This document shows, in pieces, positions 1 through 11,956 of a stretch of DNA of 64,000 nucleotides; the first letter of the stretch is position 1, and every line of letters starts with the position of its first letter. A program made the position numbers and the translations under genes. The stretch is from Lytechinus pictus. Taxonomy: Eukaryota. A model generated the notes under the pieces. That model ran no database searches, was not told the DNA's origin, and was given only the letters and a program-made list of their open reading frames with translations. The stretch lies in the NCBI RefSeq assembly GCF_037042905.1, contig NC_087250.1:11718001-11782000 (forward strand). The letters are read 5' to 3'.

Positions 1-278
1 TCGGCCCGGCCATCTATCTAGAGGGCCATTGGCTTCTATATGTAATAGCGCTGGTTGTCTGCTTCTTGTCTGATTTGGGGTTATTCCTGGCTTTCAGTAT
101 GCACAGGGCGGTGACTTGTTGTTCGCGTACACTGCCGGCAATCTGTTGTCTACTCTTTGGCTGATGGTGGCTTTGGCGGGACCGGTTAAGATAGCTTTGT
201 TCACGATGAAATGTTTGTTTCTCAGCTTCTCAATACTTTCCCCAATACTTCTTATTTTCCCTTGCTTTGAATCCATAG

Positions 279-1523
279 AAGCTACGTACGCCTATGACTG
301 CAACAAGCGCATTGTCCCTGTCAAGGTGAACGAACTATTCAAGGCGAGAGGCTGGCTGGGAGGTATAACTGCCGGAAAGATCTACTACCCTGTCCGTGCT
401 GTAGACGAGGTGCCCGAACAGCTTCCAAGGATCATTGAGCTAGAGATTGAGGAGGAGCTGCAGAAGAATCCAGATGCCCAAGCAGGTGAGGGTGCACTAG
501 CTCCTTCGTAATTCTGTTTAGGGATATCGCTTAGTCTGCAGGCACAGATGATGATTGAAACTTTGATCCCCAAGTGGGTCTTCACACAAGACTAGCACAT
601 ACAAATTTCTGTTTCAAAGTCACTGTAGGCTGCGCATTCAGACCCCCTAAACTCGAGTGAACTGTTTGCACAGTAAACTAGATATCGTCAGTCCTCATAA
701 TAAATTGAACATATATCACCATCATTATCGTCATCATAACCAAAATTTTCATTAACAACACTGTCATAATGGTAATTGCTACCTTCCTCGCAAACCGTTG
801 ATGCGTCCGTTTTCCCAGATACCGAGTTCAAGTTAAAGAACCTCTTTATATATTCTGAACTTTCACTCACCATGATTACGCATGATTATGCATTTTTTAA
901 TGAATATTCAATTTTGTGGTCCTTTGCACTTCAACGTCAATTGTTAACAGTATTTGGTCATAAATATGGATAAACAAATCAAAGATGTCTAAACAAATTT
1001 TAACAGATTTATTGGATTTAGTTTTATCAGTACTTTTTTAAATACTTGATCTTGACAAAGCAGACAGTAGGTATAACGGCTCATATAATTTACCCATTTG
1101 TTATGGATTTAAAAAAAAAAAACCAAGTGAACCAAACTAAAGAAACATATGCCAAACTTTCATATCTGGGCTTACTTTAACCAGAAAATCACTTTGTAGG
1201 CTTACATTATTATGAAATACTATTCCTAACCACTTTCCTTCGATGACAATATTCGACCTTTCTCAGGTGCACGAATCAGCGGCCAAGTTGAAACGGAACC
1301 GGAAGTCGATAGCTGGGATCCGCCGAAAGTCCGCCAGTGGCTCACATCCAACGGCGTCAGCTCAACAAACGAGAGTTTGCAGAACCTTACAGGGTTGCAA
1401 TTGCTGCAGTTAAAGAAGCAGCTCGCAACGGCTCCAGATACATTCTACCAATCAATGAAAGAAGATCTGAAGGTCCCCTATATGGAGGTGCTCTCCCTGG
1501 CCGCAGCACTGGAGAAGCTGTGA
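279..1523 (+). CDS. ARM-TIR-SAM family paralogue copy 0, 3' part only: join(279..485,1267..1523), TIR C-terminal half plus SAM-like domain
   Basis: Acceptor atccatAG|279, donor 485|GTgag, acceptor tctcAG|1267, stop TGA 1521-1523. Exon 279-485 reads (E)ATYAYDCNKRIVPVKVNELFKARGWLGGITAGKIYY. The last exon (absent from the ORF track) reads GARISGQVETEPEVDSWDPPKVRQWLTSNGVSSTNESLQNLTGLQLLQLKKQLATAPDTFYQSMKEDLKVPYMEVLSLAAALEKL*. Both are clearly homologous to exons 4 and 5 of the downstream copies; upstream exons lie outside the window. Confidence 0.9.
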
Positions 1524-2247
1524 AAGGAATAACCTTGTGATCTAAACTTCATGTATTGTGAATCAAAGGGACCGTAATCTCAAGTTTGGTTTAACCAATG
1601 CCATGGTCTAAGATTGAGCAAAAAATTATTGGAATTGAAAAATATAAAAATGATGTTGGCATTGTTTGTTTCTAATTTTTTATTAGGCCATTTTTTCGTG
1701 ATTTAATGGTAAAGGAGATAATTTGTGCTATTATTCCCAGACAGCTGTGGATGAAATGAGTGCCAAATGTGTTGATTATTCGAATCTCTGCTGTTAAAGT
1801 TCTGTCAGTGTCGCACTTAAAGAGCTTACTTTAAACCCGAGTTCAGAGCATACTGGGCAATTGAGTTTATGGCGATAGATATGTGTATTTACAAAATTTA
1901 CTATCAAGCAATAATTTTAGAATATGCAGACGTCATGTTTCAATGATTATGAAGATAGTCGAGAAAAAAGTGTTAAGTGCCTGGACTAGTGTTTCTCTTT
2001 CTGGCCAGAGTTTCGAAAACATTCCATTTTAGCGGGTAGATAGGGATGGCTATTTGAACTCAGTGCTAGCAAATCTCGAATAATTTTGGTTAATCAACAA
2101 AATATGACCAACGGCTTTAGGTATTTTATGGGGACCTGGTTATGAAGATTTATTTTAGCAGCATAGGCCGAAAATGCATCGACTTTATTTAGAATTCGGA
2201 TCGCTGGATGACCGGACAACCGCTTATTGAAAATCGCTTATAGTGTA

Positions 2248-2955
2248 CCTGTTGGAACGAACACGGTGTCACACTGTGTTTACATACTGGACTACGTGAA
2301 AATATTATTCACAGTGTTAACATACCCAAATTCAACAGTGTGACGATACTTTCACACTGTAGACACCTCAAAAGTGCTACTGTTCACAGCTTGTTCACAT
2401 GGTCAACTAATATGTGAACCACAGTGATGAAATTCTCTCAATATGTTCCACAGTGTGAACACACTGTGGAACACCATATGGGAAACTGTGTTCTTTCCAA
2501 CAGATGTGGTTTCCTTAAACATTTAAAGTATTGTATAGATGAGACGAGAAACACAACCTGCATGTATATGTAAAGTTCGTGGTGGCTACGCGAGGGGGGT
2601 GTCAGCAGAAAAGCTACATGGCAAATACTGCGGTGTCAATTAATTCATACAGAGAGGACCACATCTGTCATTACTCTGGTGCTGAATCTACGGTGTTAGT
2701 TCAACACTCAAAGGTTTTATTACAATACACTCGGTTGCTACACTCTAAAAAACAAATCAGTAAAACATGACTAGTTAATATGGTCAGCTGGGTGCAACTG
2801 TTATTCTAGTCACACTTGACTATTTCTAGTCGTATTTTACTAGAACATAGTTATTTCTGACTAGAACATATGTCAGAAATGTCACAATACATATCAGTTG
2901 CACCCAGCTGACTAATGGTCTAGTCAATTTGGCTGATTTGTTTTAAGATGTACAT
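2248..2955. repeat. Two small MITE-like inverted-repeat elements (about 2248-2503 and 2739-2953)
   Basis: ctgttggaac..aacac / gtgttctttccaacag and tacactctaaaaaacaaatcag / ctgatttgttttaagatgta. Confidence 0.6.
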
Positions 2956-3314
2956 TCACACTGACAAAATGTTATTGTCAAAATAGCAGAAAAAATAACA
3001 TAAAAAATAAAAATAGTGGTGAAGGTTTGAGGCAAATCCATCGAAGAATTAACAAGTTATTGGAGTTTTAATTTTTGATTTGTGATATCATATGTGAGCA
3101 GTGTTCCCACATAATGTATGGTATAAAATAAAAGAAATATCATTAACTCATAAAATTGAAAATAAACTTTGTTGTACCTTCAGTAACTCGATAGACAAAT
3201 CAGTTCAAGCCCGCTCCAAAAAAAATAGTCATCACAAAAGAAAGCTCAAATTCTAATTATTTTCTTAATCTTTGATGGATTTTCCTCAAACCTTCACCAA
3301 TAACTGAATAAGCA

Positions 3315-3520
3315 TTATTCTTGCTTATATAGCGCTTAACATTAATTTTCTTACTTATACTTACGTCTTACTTTACCCTATAGATTTACATCAATTCAGT
3401 ATAATAACCCTTGCTTTTAGAGCAACTTTTACGCGCTCATTCGTTTCAAGAAATAAGTTCCTGTCGTTACCCATCTACCAATCACCTGGTTGAGTGCAGC
3501 ACAATGTGGGAAAATTTCCT
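3315..3520 (-). mobile_element. SINE fragment, same family as 11957-12219
   Basis: Shares tatagcgc, caag(g/a)aataa(a/g)ttcctg and gagtgcagcacaatgtgg...aaatttc blocks. Confidence 0.7.
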
Positions 3521-6206
3521 ATTATATTTAATACTTATTAAGTTTCTGCTATTTTTACAACAAACTTTTCGTCAGAAAGAACTTTCTGTTATACTGTTAT
3601 TCTGTTAACTCTCCCTGGTATATGTTAAAACTTAAATTTGAAGTTTTGACGATAAATTGTACATTGTAGTCAATGCAATCAATCGTATAAGTGGTCTACG
3701 ATGATTATTAAGATTTGTCTACAGTTTTTCATGAAAGCACGGGGTTCTCTGCTTTACATGAAATCCAATAAGTTTATTTAAAGACATATAAAGCATTAGT
3801 TTAGCTTAAGAATAATTCGTTATGTTTCATTTCGTATCTCCAGATCTTTATTTTGTTGAAAAATTTGATTTTTGACCTATGTATTTTTGTGTTTGATGGA
3901 CATTGTTATCATGAGCTTCATAATTGACATTAATTTGTTCTTGATGGTAATACCAAAATGTTCCAATTTCGATACTTGAGTTTGTATATGTGTCATTAAG
4001 CTGAATGAAGATATCCAAGAGCATTCCAATTTACGATCTGTTTGTGGATCTCACTGAAATATATTTTAATAAAGTTCTTATTTGCAACAAAATTATGTTT
4101 TATTCCTTGTTAGCAGTTTTACACTGTAAAACAAATAGCACGTTGTTTTAGCCTGTCACTCTACCAAGCTGTTTAAACTTTTTGTAATTGTTTAAACTTT
4201 TTAAACAATTCGTTGAAAAAGTTTAAACAGTAGTTGTTAGAGTGACGGGCTTAAACAAAATGCCGGGGAAAATGTGAGGTTAAAACGAGGGAGAGAGTGA
4301 TAGAGAAGGAAAGAGATACAAGGAGAGAGAGAGAGAAAGAAAGAAGGAGAGGTGCGACTATTCAGTTTACATGCACTTTATTTGACCCCCGCCTCTCCCT
4401 AAAATGACTGTAATAAAACGAGACAAAAAAGCCCCACTCTAAAAATGTCATAAAAAACGCATGTGAAACAGACACGTTACGACAAGCTGACAGAAGCTTT
4501 GGTTAACCTTACAAAGCGGTTATTAATACATCGGTATGCAAATGAGGGAGGCAATGACGTTATTCACAATGGCGTTATTCACTCACCATTTGTTTATTTT
4601 TTAACTTCATCATACATATGAAAATAGAAGTATGAAATAACTTGATTTTCTCCTCATCATGACATGTGGATGGCAATTGATGTATTAAACCTACGGTGAA
4701 GTGATGAAAAATCGTGTTATTATCGAATCTGTGTAAAACGAGCTATTGAATAATAATAAAAAATGAAATACAAAATCAATGTAATATGGTGAGTGACTCC
4801 ATCTACTCTCCTCTTTCCATAATTATTGTACATATGTATGTTTTGTGAAGATAAACGAAATTTGAAATTGTAATAACTTTTTTATTTTACACCCGACTAT
4901 GTTGAAAATTTCAGCGCTGTGTCCCTTTGGTCTTACTCTTTTTTACTGGAATACAATTTTCGTTGGGGTCGACGTAGTGTGCAGAAACAGACCCTCGGTT
5001 TTGCAATTCGCATAATGCATATTGCACACTGTTAGAAAATTTATCCTTAAAATAAAAAAAGTTCCTGCAGAGTCTCGAGAACACCTGTAATCTTACAAGA
5101 TTACAGGAAATTGGTATTTGGTGTATGGAACCTTACACATTTCCTTAAAGTACACACCCTTTCTCCTTTTTAAAAAGACTTGTTCTGTTAAATTGCAGAA
5201 AAATCCCTGTTTTATGAATTTTCAGAATGATTCTATTATAGCTTTCTGCTAAATCTTTTTTTTCTGTAAAATCAGGGTTATTTTAACAGTGCATAGTCTG
5301 AATTAGTGAGACTAGACAAAGCACTGTGGCTGGCTCTTATTCGACACAGACAGAGAATTTGGCGTCTAGTCTTGACTCTAGACAGTGTATGATTAGTTAA
5401 AGTGTCAAAAATGAGTCTGCATTTGCAGACTATTTTCGACGTTCTAGTAAATACCCGACATCGCACATGTTACCCTCATGAGCCCAAAATCTGGAAATAG
5501 GGTGGATGGGTCAATTTTTATACATTCACCGCTGCTGCGCTGCACAAATAATTCACGCATGGAATGATTCATCTATGCAGTCATAACGCAAATTTTAGTG
5601 CTTTGTAAGCCGTTGAATACAAATTTGTGATATATTCTATGCCTGAATCGGACCTTTTCTCACGAAAACTTTGAACGTTTGCATCCAGGGATTTGCTAAA
5701 ATTGCAGTTGTGCTCCAAAGTATGAGTAAACCCCAACACAAAATGCACGTGAATTATTCACGTGCATTTTGTGTTTTAAAATACGGCAGAACACTTGAAA
5801 TATATTTACTTTAATACTGGTGGGGTTCACTAAAATGCGACGACATGTACCCGGCACCGATAATGGATTTCATTGGGTAAAAATGCAATTATAACGTATA
5901 AACTACACCCAAACCCCCAAAACCATGAAAACAATAACAAAAAAAAAAGAATTTATAAAAAACGATGAAAACGACTATGGTTGTGATGTATCATTATGGT
6001 AGTGAGAACGATCTATCTCTTTATAAATTAAAATAGATTTACAAAATGTTGATAACCATTCAAGAGGATACAACTGCTTTTGTCGCTGAAATTTTGTTGA
6101 TAATACTATACCTATGCATTAACGTTAACCGACATGATATATGTAAACGCGTAGTAATGAACTTCATTAACGCAAACGGCATCGCGAGATTTATCCAGTG
6201 TGTCCA

Positions 6207-6461
6207 GAAACCGAAAGGCGCTGGCCAACGTCGTACCGCATTTCGTTGCCAAGTGATAAATATACACCAGCGTTCCTATTGTCAGTGCATAGACGAATGC
6301 GTTTCGTGAAGAGAGAGTTCGCCAATTTGTAAACGCTCATCATCAATGCAACCAATATACTGTACATAAGCATGATAAGGGAATGGGTCTAAACAGCGAG
6401 GAATGCAATATATTTTGCTGCTAGAATGAAGCCATTCCATATAAGATATGTAATGGTATGT
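6207..6461 (+). promoter_or_regulatory. Candidate promoter and non-coding first exon of copy 1 (homologues at about 16116-16362 and 29075-29320; diverged homologue about 45920-46212)
   Basis: GAAACCGAAAG (6207-6217), GATAAATATA (6255-6264), Inr-like TCAGT (6282-6286), donor-like GTATGT (6456-6461). Coding exon 1 is preceded by a pyrimidine tract plus AG in every copy, implying an upstream exon. No transcript evidence. Confidence 0.45.
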
Positions 6462-6632
6462 ATTTAATACACATTTTCTTCTATCTTTAATGATAATGTA
6501 TTTTGTGTAGACTTCTGTCACGTTGTTGTACTGATTGAATTTACGGTAATTGATAACAACATCATTGGTCATCCAGATTTCCAGTAGGCCGAAGCTATGG
6601 AAGCTTAAAAGTGCCACCCAGATGTTCGTATA

Positions 6633-6923
6633 ATCATCTCGTCATGTCTACGTCTCTTAGGAAAAAGAATAAGATGACGAGATCTCGGATCTCGATCGCC
6701 ATGACTACATCCCGTTGGCATGGTAGAGATGATCAGATGACAAGATCTTGCATCTCTTCATGTCTACATCCTATAGAAGAGATGCTCAGATGACAAGATC
6801 TCGGATCTCTTCATGTCTATTTCATGTTGGAGGAATGATCAGATGGCAAGATCTCGGATCCAAGATCTTGCCATCTGATCATTTCTTCTAAAAGACATGC
6901 CGAGATCCGAGATCTTGCCATCT
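6633..6923. repeat. Fold-back minisatellite (about 50-bp unit gatgacaagatctcggatctcgtcatgtctacatc) upstream of coding exon 1; homologues 16540-16640 plus 17331-17540 and 29518-29865
   Basis: Several direct units followed by inverted units; central hairpin 6834-6883. Confidence 0.85.
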
Positions 6924-7131
6924 CCTTTTAATCTCTTTAACCAATCCAACTTTTTTGGGATGGACTTGCCTTTAAGGTATCTCAAGGCAAGAGGAGGGCA
7001 TTTCGAAAAAAGGTCAAGGGGGTGGGGTAAAAAAAAACAACTTTTTAGGGCCTACCTTAATGAATAATGATAACTTTCTGTTCATCTTTTTTTTTCCTAC
7101 GATTTTATAGGTTTCGTGACGTACGCTAAAG

Positions 7132-8347
7132 ATGGGTTCTTCTGCAAGTGCTAGAAGGATTCCAACAGTGCAAAAGATCGCAGAACCTCCATCTGTCGAA
7201 AACTCAAACGCTAGCCGAGAAGTAGGAGGCCGCGATGAAGCGGACAGTGGTCCAGTGGCACCGGAATTAATAACTGAGCCATCCAACCCGGCAGCTCCCG
7301 CTGACACCCTGTCCGACATTTCAAACGTTCTGCATGTTGACTCTGCAGCTGCAAAGGCAAAACGAATCGAGGAATTTAGTGAGGAGATCAAACAATGTCT
7401 TATCCCTGTAAAAGAAGGTATCCAGCACATCCAGGAATGTGACAATTTCCCATGTGACTCGTGCAACGGGCACATGAGGGGTATCAACAAAGTTTCTGGG
7501 AACAAGAACCTTGACCGCAACGCTGCCGCGGACGGGTTGGCCATTGACACGGATTACTGCAAAATTTTTAGCTATAGATGGTCAAAGGGGGAATTGTTAC
7601 AGCAGATTGAGGATGCTGATGCTGATGCTGAAGAATTGACGCCCCAAAAGAAAACAATATTTACGTTTTATATTGAACTGTTAGCTTCCAGTTGGAACTT
7701 CACCGATGAATCCGATTACTTCTGTCTGCAAATGGAAGAGGACGGGTGCCTTGCGTTGATATCGGACTGGTTTTTACATCTGATCGAGGGTTCAAAGTCC
7801 AGAAATAAATGGGTAAATAATCTAGTCTTCGATGCAATGAACGTAATTTACAATTCATGCATGAGAGTGCGGGCGTTGGCTCCAAGCCACCACCGAGTCG
7901 TACCTGCTCTTCAGAGGTTTAGCGAGTCAAGAGGAAGCCTCACCCAGACAATCGCGTTCATGACGTTGGCTAAGCTAGTCAAGAAAGAAGAAGCCGACAA
8001 GCTATCCACCAATACCAAATGCATTTTTTTTCTATTGTCTCTTCTTAGGAAATGCCTCTCAAATCGAGACCACAAGTCCTCAATTAAAAGACAAACATCT
8101 AAGAAGAACTTTGTCACCGTAATAAGTCTAAATGCAGAAGAACTCGTGAAATCCGTAGAAGAGCTAGCCATTAATGATAACAACAAAAAGCTCATTGTTA
8201 CAAGAGGTGGGATCCACCTCCTCGGGAAATTGCTCAAACCAAAATGTACCAACGAAGAGAAGACCTCTGCCGCGAATACCATCTGGAGACTGGCATTCCT
8301 CAAAGAAAATAAAGAAAAACTTCGCAAATTCCAGGGTATCATATACA
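7132..8347 (+). CDS. copy 1 coding exon 1 (N-terminus, Cys motif, ARM region)
   Basis: ORF 7132..8361; acceptor ttttatAG|7111 upstream of the ATG; donor tacA|GTgagt. Confidence 0.92.
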
Positions 8348-11300
8348 GTGAGTACCTTTAAAATATTATGGATTGGCACACTAACATTGAAAACTATTAT
8401 GATAAAATAATCGGCAAAGACGCCTTGTATATACGTATAATGAACAATTAAAATCAAACAAGTAGCTGGACTAGTGATCCATCGGCAATTAGACTTTGCA
8501 TCTAAATTGGATAAACCAGGAAAATGGAACACCATGAGTAATAACTAACCTATATGGTGTATCCCGTTTATTTATATTAATTCGAAGGCAAGGGAATACT
8601 AAAAGAAATTGGAAACCTATGCACAAAGCGCTAGTTTCCTTATAGTTTATGGCTAAAAAAATACGAATTTAATCACTTTACTAGATCTGACCGAGTATTC
8701 CCAGAGTGAGCACGAAAAACTCCGTACTGCCTGCATGGGAGCTCTCTTCGAGATCTACGAATCCAGACTTCCCGAAAACCTGAAGAGCAAGAAAACCGAC
8801 GATGGGTCACCGCAGAGGGCGCCACCCGACACTGCAAAGTCAACTGGACACATCATGCTCAGTTACAAATGGGAACACCCGTCCAAACCTGTGATGAGAG
8901 AGTTCAAGAATGAGCTTCGAAAGAGAGGATACGCTGTATGGATGGATGAGGACCATATGAGTAAGTCCAGGGACCCTTGACACAAAGATTAGCAATTATA
9001 CGCCTGATTTTCACAATTAACATTACATTCAGGTCAATGAAATCAACCGTAACAACATTTTATACCATAATTGCTGAACTTTATGTTATGGGCCCCAGAT
9101 CAATCATGAAATCCATTATGAAGTCATAATGTAAAATAAGAACAACTTTTTAGATGTACGTGTCAGGAATTATGTCACCCCGGCCTTTATTGCCATCTAT
9201 TCATAACTAAATTCGCTATACCCATATCCCCTTCCTTCTTTCTCTTCTTTATCATCATCATCTTCTTTCTCCTCCTTCTCTTTCTATTATTCTACATTTC
9301 ATTTTCCTACCTGTGGTTGTCTCTTCAAAAATCAATTTCTCTTCAATACTTTCAAATTTCACATAATTTATGTTACATTTTTGTTGTTGTTTCAGTGGGT
9401 GATAAAATTGGAGCGATGGCAGAAGCTGTAGAGAATGCTGATATGATAATTGCCTGTATTACAAGTGGTTACCAGGACAGTCAAGACTGCAGAACAGGTG
9501 ATAATTTTTTCCTTTCCCACTCATCATCATCATCATCATCGCGATCAACATCAGTCATCACTGCAATCACCATCATCATCATCATGACCATCATCATCAT
9601 CATTACCACCATCATTATCATTATCACCGTCATCATCATCACTATCATCATCATCATGACCATGACCATTATCATCGTCAGCACCATCATTTTATCATCA
9701 TCACCATCATCATCATCATTATCATCATCATCATCTCAGTCGACATCACATCATCTTCATTTTCATCATTGTCACCATCACCATGATCATCATCATCATC
9801 ATCATCACCACCACCAGCAACAACATCATCATACCAACACCATCACCATCCTTATCACCATCATCATCATCATCACCCTAATCATCTTCATCATCATCAT
9901 CTTCATCATCGTCATCAACATCATCACCACCGTCATCAACTTCATCATCACCATCATTATCATCATCACCATCATCATCTTCATCATTATTGCAATCGAC
10001 CTCATCAACAACGCATGGCAGGTAATTAAAAAGAACAACAATTTGGTCCAGAAACAAACACAGATCACATATAATAGGAACTTCAACAGCAAAGTAAGAT
10101 AACACCCTATACTATACCAGCTCTGTATTGTTAGTGCAGTGGCGTACAGATGGGGGAGGGGGCCCTTCGGGGTGCTTCCCCCATTATTTTTTTTTTCACC
10201 GACGACCTAGACAAAAATGATAACAGGAAAGAAAAGTAAAGAGAGGTTGGGTGAGATATATTTTTTCTGGATATTATGTCAAAATCTATTCCAAAATTTG
10301 ATTTTTTGTACTTGAAGTTCTGATATTTTTATGAATTTTGCCCATGAAATGCCATATCTGACCCCCATCAATTTTGTTTTTGCGCGGGGGGGGGGGGGGG
10401 GGGGTTCATTACGCTACTGAGTATGTGGAAATATTCCAAAATGAAAAAAAAAGGATGCCTGCTACTGACGTGTACAGTCACTGTTGACCCCTTTCCAAAT
10501 GCATCATTAACGTATACGTATTGAAAGTTCCTACTTATTTCAAAGTCTCTCATTTAATAATTTCAGAAGCGTCTTATGCATACGAATGCAAGAAGAAGAT
10601 CATTCCAGTAAAAGTTAGGCCCGACTTCAAAGCTTCTGGCTGGCTAGGGGGTATTACGGCCGGGAAGATATACTACATCGTTCAAAAAGCAGAGCTCGTC
10701 TCAGAAGTACTTCCTAGCATCATAGAGAAAGAATTCGCTGTGCAGAAAGAAACAATCCAGAAGGTGGATGCTACAACGATAGGTATGTGAATCTGAATCA
10801 GCCTATTTCCCAGCCTTTCCTAACAAAAAACCAATGAGGAACGAGCTGTACGCGAGGGAAAATGTAAAATGTTCAATTTGAAATTAACGATCTGGGCCCC
10901 GTAACACAACGCTTGGAGATGAATAGAAAATATGCAAGAACGCTTCTGATTGGTTCCTGGTCAGTATTTTAAACTAAAGTGCGCGTGTAACATTGATCTT
11001 GATTGGTCAGTGCATTTTGCGATTGATCGCTAATCTTTGTGTTACGGAGCTCAGGTCAAGTTTTGAAATGGTCGGGTTTCAACAAGTACGTTGATGAGAA
11101 ATGCAATAGCCCCTCCCCCTTTACCAACTTGTTCCACAGCGTATGCTTATGGACATTGAACCGGGATGAATTAAACACATGTATTATGTATGTGATGGGA
11201 GAGTGCCAAAAACACACACACACATACATAACATATAGAAATAAAATCTATTGCATTTTATTCATACAATAGTTAACTGTTTATCAATAATTTCTTCTAC

Positions 11301-11727
11301 CTCTGTATCATTGTATTTACGTAATACTAGCGATTTCCCATTGCAGATATTTTGAAAAATGCCTAGTTTTCTCTTTACCTGTTCTCCAATACTTTCATAG
11401 GTGCAAAGTCGGATACAGCTATTCTAATTTTGAGTGCATTCCTTTTTCTTGATAGGGTCACAACTGCCGGAACAGGAACCGAAGTCACCTCCAACAGAAT
11501 CCCAAGTACCCGGGTGGGATTCAAAGAGGGTCCAGGATTGGCTGGCGGCGAACAACATCACATCACGCAACAAAGCGCTTAAATCCATCAACGGAACTCA
11601 GTTGCTTCAGCTCAAGAAACAGCTTACCACCGTACCACAGGCGTTCTACCAGTCCATGAAAGATGATCTGAAGGTTCCATACCTTGACGTTCTTTCCCTC
11701 GCAGCTGCACTTGAAAACCTTGAATAG
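7132..11727 (+). CDS. Myristoylation-motif ARM-TIR-SAM protein copy 1 (693 aa): join(7132..8347,8685..8960,9396..9497,10567..10782,11456..11727)
   Basis: All four introns are GT-AG and phase 1; exon lengths 1216+276+102+216+272=2082 nt, open to TAG. N-terminus MGSSAS; ARM consensus LAINDNNKKLIVTRGGIHLLGKLL...AANTIWRLAF; TIR_2 motifs HIMLSYKW, GYAVWMD, AMAEAVENA, YQDSQDCRTEASYA, IIPVKV, GWLG; SAM-like VPGWDSKRVQDWL...INGTQLLQL. Confidence 0.93.
8685..8960 (+). CDS. copy 1 coding exon 2 (last ARM repeat, linker, TIR start)
   Basis: ctAG|8685, 8960|GTaagt; same 276-nt exon in all four full copies. Confidence 0.92.
9396..9497 (+). CDS. copy 1 coding exon 3 (TIR core)
   Basis: ttcAG|9396, 9497|GTgata; MGDKIGAMAEAVENADMIIACITSGYQDSQDCRT. 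Confidence 0.92.
9520..10010. repeat. (CAT/CAC)n microsatellite in intron 3 (also 20190-20745, 32522-32890)
   Basis: Direct inspection. Confidence 0.95.
10137..10420. mobile_element. hAT-like MITE in intron 3, shared by copies 1-3 (about 20877-21141, 35693-35949; relative at about 53530-53945)
   Basis: CAGTGGCGTA start and TACGC(T/C)ACTG end at the same intronic position in three copies. Confidence 0.7.
10567..10782 (+). CDS. copy 1 coding exon 4 (TIR C-terminal half)
   Basis: tttcAG|10567, 10782|GTatgt; EASYAYECKKKIIPVKV...GWLGGITAGKIYY. Confidence 0.92.
11456..11727 (+). CDS. copy 1 coding exon 5 (SAM-like domain)
   Basis: gatAG|11456 to stop TAG 11727. Confidence 0.92.
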
Positions 11728-11956
11728 TCACGTGGTGTTGCGTAACTGCCGATCACGTGATATCACCAACGGTACCATCAGCGTGCCCAGTACCGGCAAC
11801 TCAGGAAACACTAATGTTCCTTGCCTTGATGTTCGTTCTGTCTCTCGCAGCTGCCCTTGAAAGCTTTTATGAGTCACTCAGTATTTGCGTCATTGCCATC
11901 ACGCTATATTTTTAATGGACCTGTTACAACAATTCAAGAAGCAACTTGCCACAATA

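Noticed and set aside
1337-1540. ORF-track 67-aa peptide MAHIQRR
   Set aside because: Wrong frame over the SAM exon of copy 0 (1267-1523)
7014-7550. Antisense ORFs repeated in each copy (7014, 7911, 17687, 18545, 30021, 30882, 48159, 48915)
   Set aside because: Shadow frames of coding exon 1; recurrence is explained by the duplication
9317-10105. Long poly-Ile/His/Ser/Met/Asp ORFs (also 19838-20828, 32192-32917)
   Set aside because: Translations of intronic (CAT)n microsatellite; only the 102-nt exon inside is coding
7132-11727. Calling the genes SARM1, MyD88 or TLR
   Set aside because: Domain order is ARM-TIR-SAM with one SAM-like domain; no death domain, LRR or transmembrane segment; so no gene symbol assigned
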